The notes beneath the pieces were generated by a model. That model did not search any database, was not told where the DNA came from, and saw only the letters and a program-made list of their open reading frames with translations. DNA of 27,569 nt, from NCBI GenBank assembly GCA_030753015.1, contig JASMDC010000045.1, forward strand, positions 1 through 27,569, written 5' to 3'. The number at the start of each line of letters is the position of its first letter. Positions within the stretch are counted from its first letter, which is position 1. This DNA is from Candidatus Undinarchaeales archaeon. GTDB taxonomy: Archaea > SpSt-1190 > JASMDC01. This document shows, piece by piece, positions 26,201 to 27,569 of this stretch. The position numbers and the translations under genes are program-made.

Positions 26201-27568
26201 GTCCGGTATCTCCAGGTCATCTTCCGGGATATCGGGGATCTCAAGGTCATCATCGGAAATATCGGGCACCTCGAGAGCGTCGTCGATTATTTCTAGATCC
26301 TCGTCATCGATCACCGCATCCTCGACGCAATAGTGCCGGTCGCTGCAAACGTTACCTGGCGGGCAGTCGGTGGTCGAGAAGCAGCACTCCATCCCTTCAA
26401 CACAGCATGCCCCATTGTCACAGTTACCGCTATGGCACTGGTCGCTGGCGGTACAGGGGGAGCCATTGGAGCGTTTGGAAGGCGCCTCGGACGGCACGGG
26501 TGTTGGTTCGGGCGTGCTCTCCGGACGGGCAGTGGGTACTGCTGTCGGTTCAGGTGTGGGTACTGCTGTGGGCTCGGGTGTGGTCTCGATACTATCATCC
26601 TCAAAGATCAACCAGAGCTCTGCTGCATCCCCGTAGTGCTGTGTGTCATAATCCACTATAAGGGTAAGATCGCCAATTTCTCTTGTGATCAGTTCATCCG
26701 GATTCGAATAGATATACTCATAAATCGGGGAAAAATCATATTCCCACCCGGACGGTGTAACGATGAAGTAGTAGGCGACTCTCTTATCCGATCTAACTTT
26801 CGTGAGAGTGATGTTGTATCCACTATGCTCGATAGTTTCCCCCAGATTGATAAGGACCTTCTCACCAGGAACCGGTGGGCGATTGCCGCACTCACCATCG
26901 TAAACCAGCCATAGCTCGGCCGTGCTGAGAGAGTTCCACGTATCGGGTTTAATGAGAAGTGTCAGCTCGCTGATTACCTTCTTGACCTCATTCTCTTCGA
27001 TTGAATGGACGTCGTCGTAGTTCGGCGAGAACATATGCGTTTGCCCGGACGGATCCACGATCTCGAAGAAGGCCGTGTTCGAACCGCTCGCGACATCATT
27101 GAGCGTGATCTTGTACCCACAGAAATCCGTGTTCCTTCCTTTGTGGATCACCTTCTTCTGCCCGGGAACGGGTGTGGGTCTCGGTGTGGGTACGGGAGTC
27201 GGTACGGGTATGACATCCGGAGGTTCTATAGAAGCCTCCTCCCCGCACGCCTCCACATTGGTGAGCGTACCATAGATAGCACCGAACACCGGCCAGCCGT
27301 CAGAATACCCATAGAGGACCGTGACCTCGTTGATGCCCGAGACGTCCGCCATCAGCTCACAGTCCTTCGATGCTTGGTTCTCCGCAAGCTCACAAGATGT
27401 CAGCGATTCCTGGACCCATTTTCCAGCAAGAGATGCACTATTGCGGGAGCAGACCTCGCGGTCCCCATTGTCGCAAGCGATAGTGCCGTCGAACACCGCG
27501 AGAGTGGTCGGTTTCCGGTCGAAGGGTGCGGGATTGTTGGAGATGCGCCCCTTGAACGTGAACGTGTC
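23222..27568 (-). CDS. Very large mosaic surface protein (>1440 aa, 5' end outside the window)
   Basis: The frame stays open to the window edge (DTFTFKGRISNN...). It contains tandem ~95-aa beta domains, PT linkers, two Cys-rich modules, a DsbA-like domain, a CGDGLC...CPDDC motif, a C-terminal TM and a Q/G/W-rich tail. Confidence 0.88.
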   Translation of the reverse strand, partial: DTFTFKGRISNNPAPFDRKPTTLAVFDGTIACDNGDREVCSRNSASLAGKWVQESLTSCELAENQASKDCELMADVSGINEVTVLYGYSDGWPVFGAIYGTLTNVEACGEEASIEPPDVIPVPTPVPTPRPTPVPGQKKVIHKGRNTDFCGYKITLNDVASGSNTAFFEIVDPSGQTHMFSPNYDDVHSIEENEVKKVISELTLLIKPDTWNSLSTAELWLVYDGECGNRPPVPGEKVLINLGETIEHSGYNITLTKVRSDKRVAYYFIVTPSGWEYDFSPIYEYIYSNPDELITREIGDLTLIVDYDTQHYGDAAELWLIFEDDSIETTPEPTAVPTPEPTAVPTARPESTPEPTPVPSEAPSKRSNGSPCTASDQCHSGNCDNGACCVEGMECCFSTTDCPPGNVCSDRHYCVEDAVIDDEDLEIIDDALEVPDISDDDLEIPDIPEDDLEIPDLLPEPTRPPSTPQVSDIGKPTPQPPGKKVTIVEYMDPLRIGETLKEIRITRIMYRNVITYEFKPLPDAADPLSLKATEAYLCAKDQGQGDELLQGLAGKIEIDHVAAIADLALLVVPDADTFIRCFESGSKEFEVARLVIDAEKAGISKTPKFMVTIDDQIAAITHGITSTRSVIELLRNEIGPPRPDSEMLKALDRINGIGFQRLATPTPPPLEEVVQRPNGQRCYSNEECFSSNCGTVCCLQGKTCCRSNADCHEDKICNRERYYCVDAGPTTATGRMRKETTSIDKELMRREECGDGLCDHRFEDLYNCPDDCRPPRNEKEYIETCDLLVRTDNTGLLNMTGPINSPKGFSFDVTADLQSDFAIESDGWAPLEERIGRADLFYSSDGKRMSYEFNASLNLIPDDPYARRMFFPFPSFWFDVNATTTRSSVDITGATAFANPGEMPDITLALEVKEGTLTVELASPEIPGAPAEMMLEDMNKQFLRQGVATQVERYIAKDGYIEVDLINWPDIFVSEAKAEVREELATALQALEFKLDFYTVQEVGTVRASLTLEAQNLDKVIEPIMKLADAPSGIPILREGSTSFFIIVNDTVEVRGIGSFEHVDYDVSSVGASLRRSCLKSCEESKVQRRRYRDSGVSSMLAELATGTECTARCVLISDIVTSALRIDMTYLSFSTGPRSSGQEFKFGAKGANIDPLIGNLTLAVNMEAPYHIPRPLSGTLSIYAQRLSATVELADLMEESNKVFLLSGPILGRTTTIKFEDSAIATFDTVEPDPEPDERSGNKLTWIDKEKLPYSVESTVKVDTKRLELAHEVAINQLAAIEKLSLSGESAVVFERSKGLLEEAERMMAEGNVERAMQLVEQSASLIRTLPDVETGNMLRLYATAGSVVMGVVLLAVVLASRWVTELQPDPYEGYYEQGGSEGYTGEGYAQSGGWEGASSQAGWGDQGQGQSWGEQEQSQGWGEQEPAWNQQAMDYSDVSDDNQWDF

Positions 27569-27569
27569 G

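Noticed and set aside
516-27275. Numerous overlapping alternative-frame and antisense ORFs (e.g. 916-1692, 4909-5832, 13156-13935, 21374-22582)
   Set aside because: These are expected shadows in high-GC coding DNA: Arg/Pro/Ser-rich, without motifs and overlapping well-supported genes.
1-27569. tRNA, rRNA, integrase or prophage genes
   Set aside because: No cloverleaf/T-loop context, rRNA-like segment or viral hallmark protein was recognised by eye.

Overview
This is a GC-rich, gene-dense window that is most likely archaeal. Nearly every gene has a TATA-like box about 25-30 nt upstream of its start, many genes look leaderless, and others carry GGTGA/GGAGG Shine-Dalgarno (SD) sites. A DPANN-type lineage is a weak inference from a CGDGxC...CPxDC surface-protein motif and many acidic orphan proteins. 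From left to right the window holds: the 5' part of a solo IS200/IS605-type tnpB; a cobalamin-binding radical SAM gene; an orphan; a degenerate ~96-bp x2.5 tandem array with an AT-rich, palindrome-containing leader before a winged-HTH gene; a NodU/CmcH carbamoyltransferase coupled to a second B12-radical SAM gene; a divergent tetraether-synthase (Tes/MJ0619)-like radical SAM; a GH63 glucosyl/mannosylglycerate-hydrolase-like enzyme whose usual N-terminal segment sits near the C-terminus; a metallophosphoesterase; an M50 site-2 protease; a NYN-LOTUS protein with a perfect 12-bp VNTR; a third B12-radical SAM; a GNAT; a PPC-repeat lipoprotein; a tandem Lrp/AsnC ligand-binding protein; an ABC-2 exporter; and the 3' part of a >1440-aa mosaic surface protein. 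The strongest leads are the rearranged GH63, the Tes-like plus B12-rSAM plus carbamoyltransferase neighbourhood, and the repeat-array/palindrome/wHTH module. All family calls come from motif recognition only; no searches were run.
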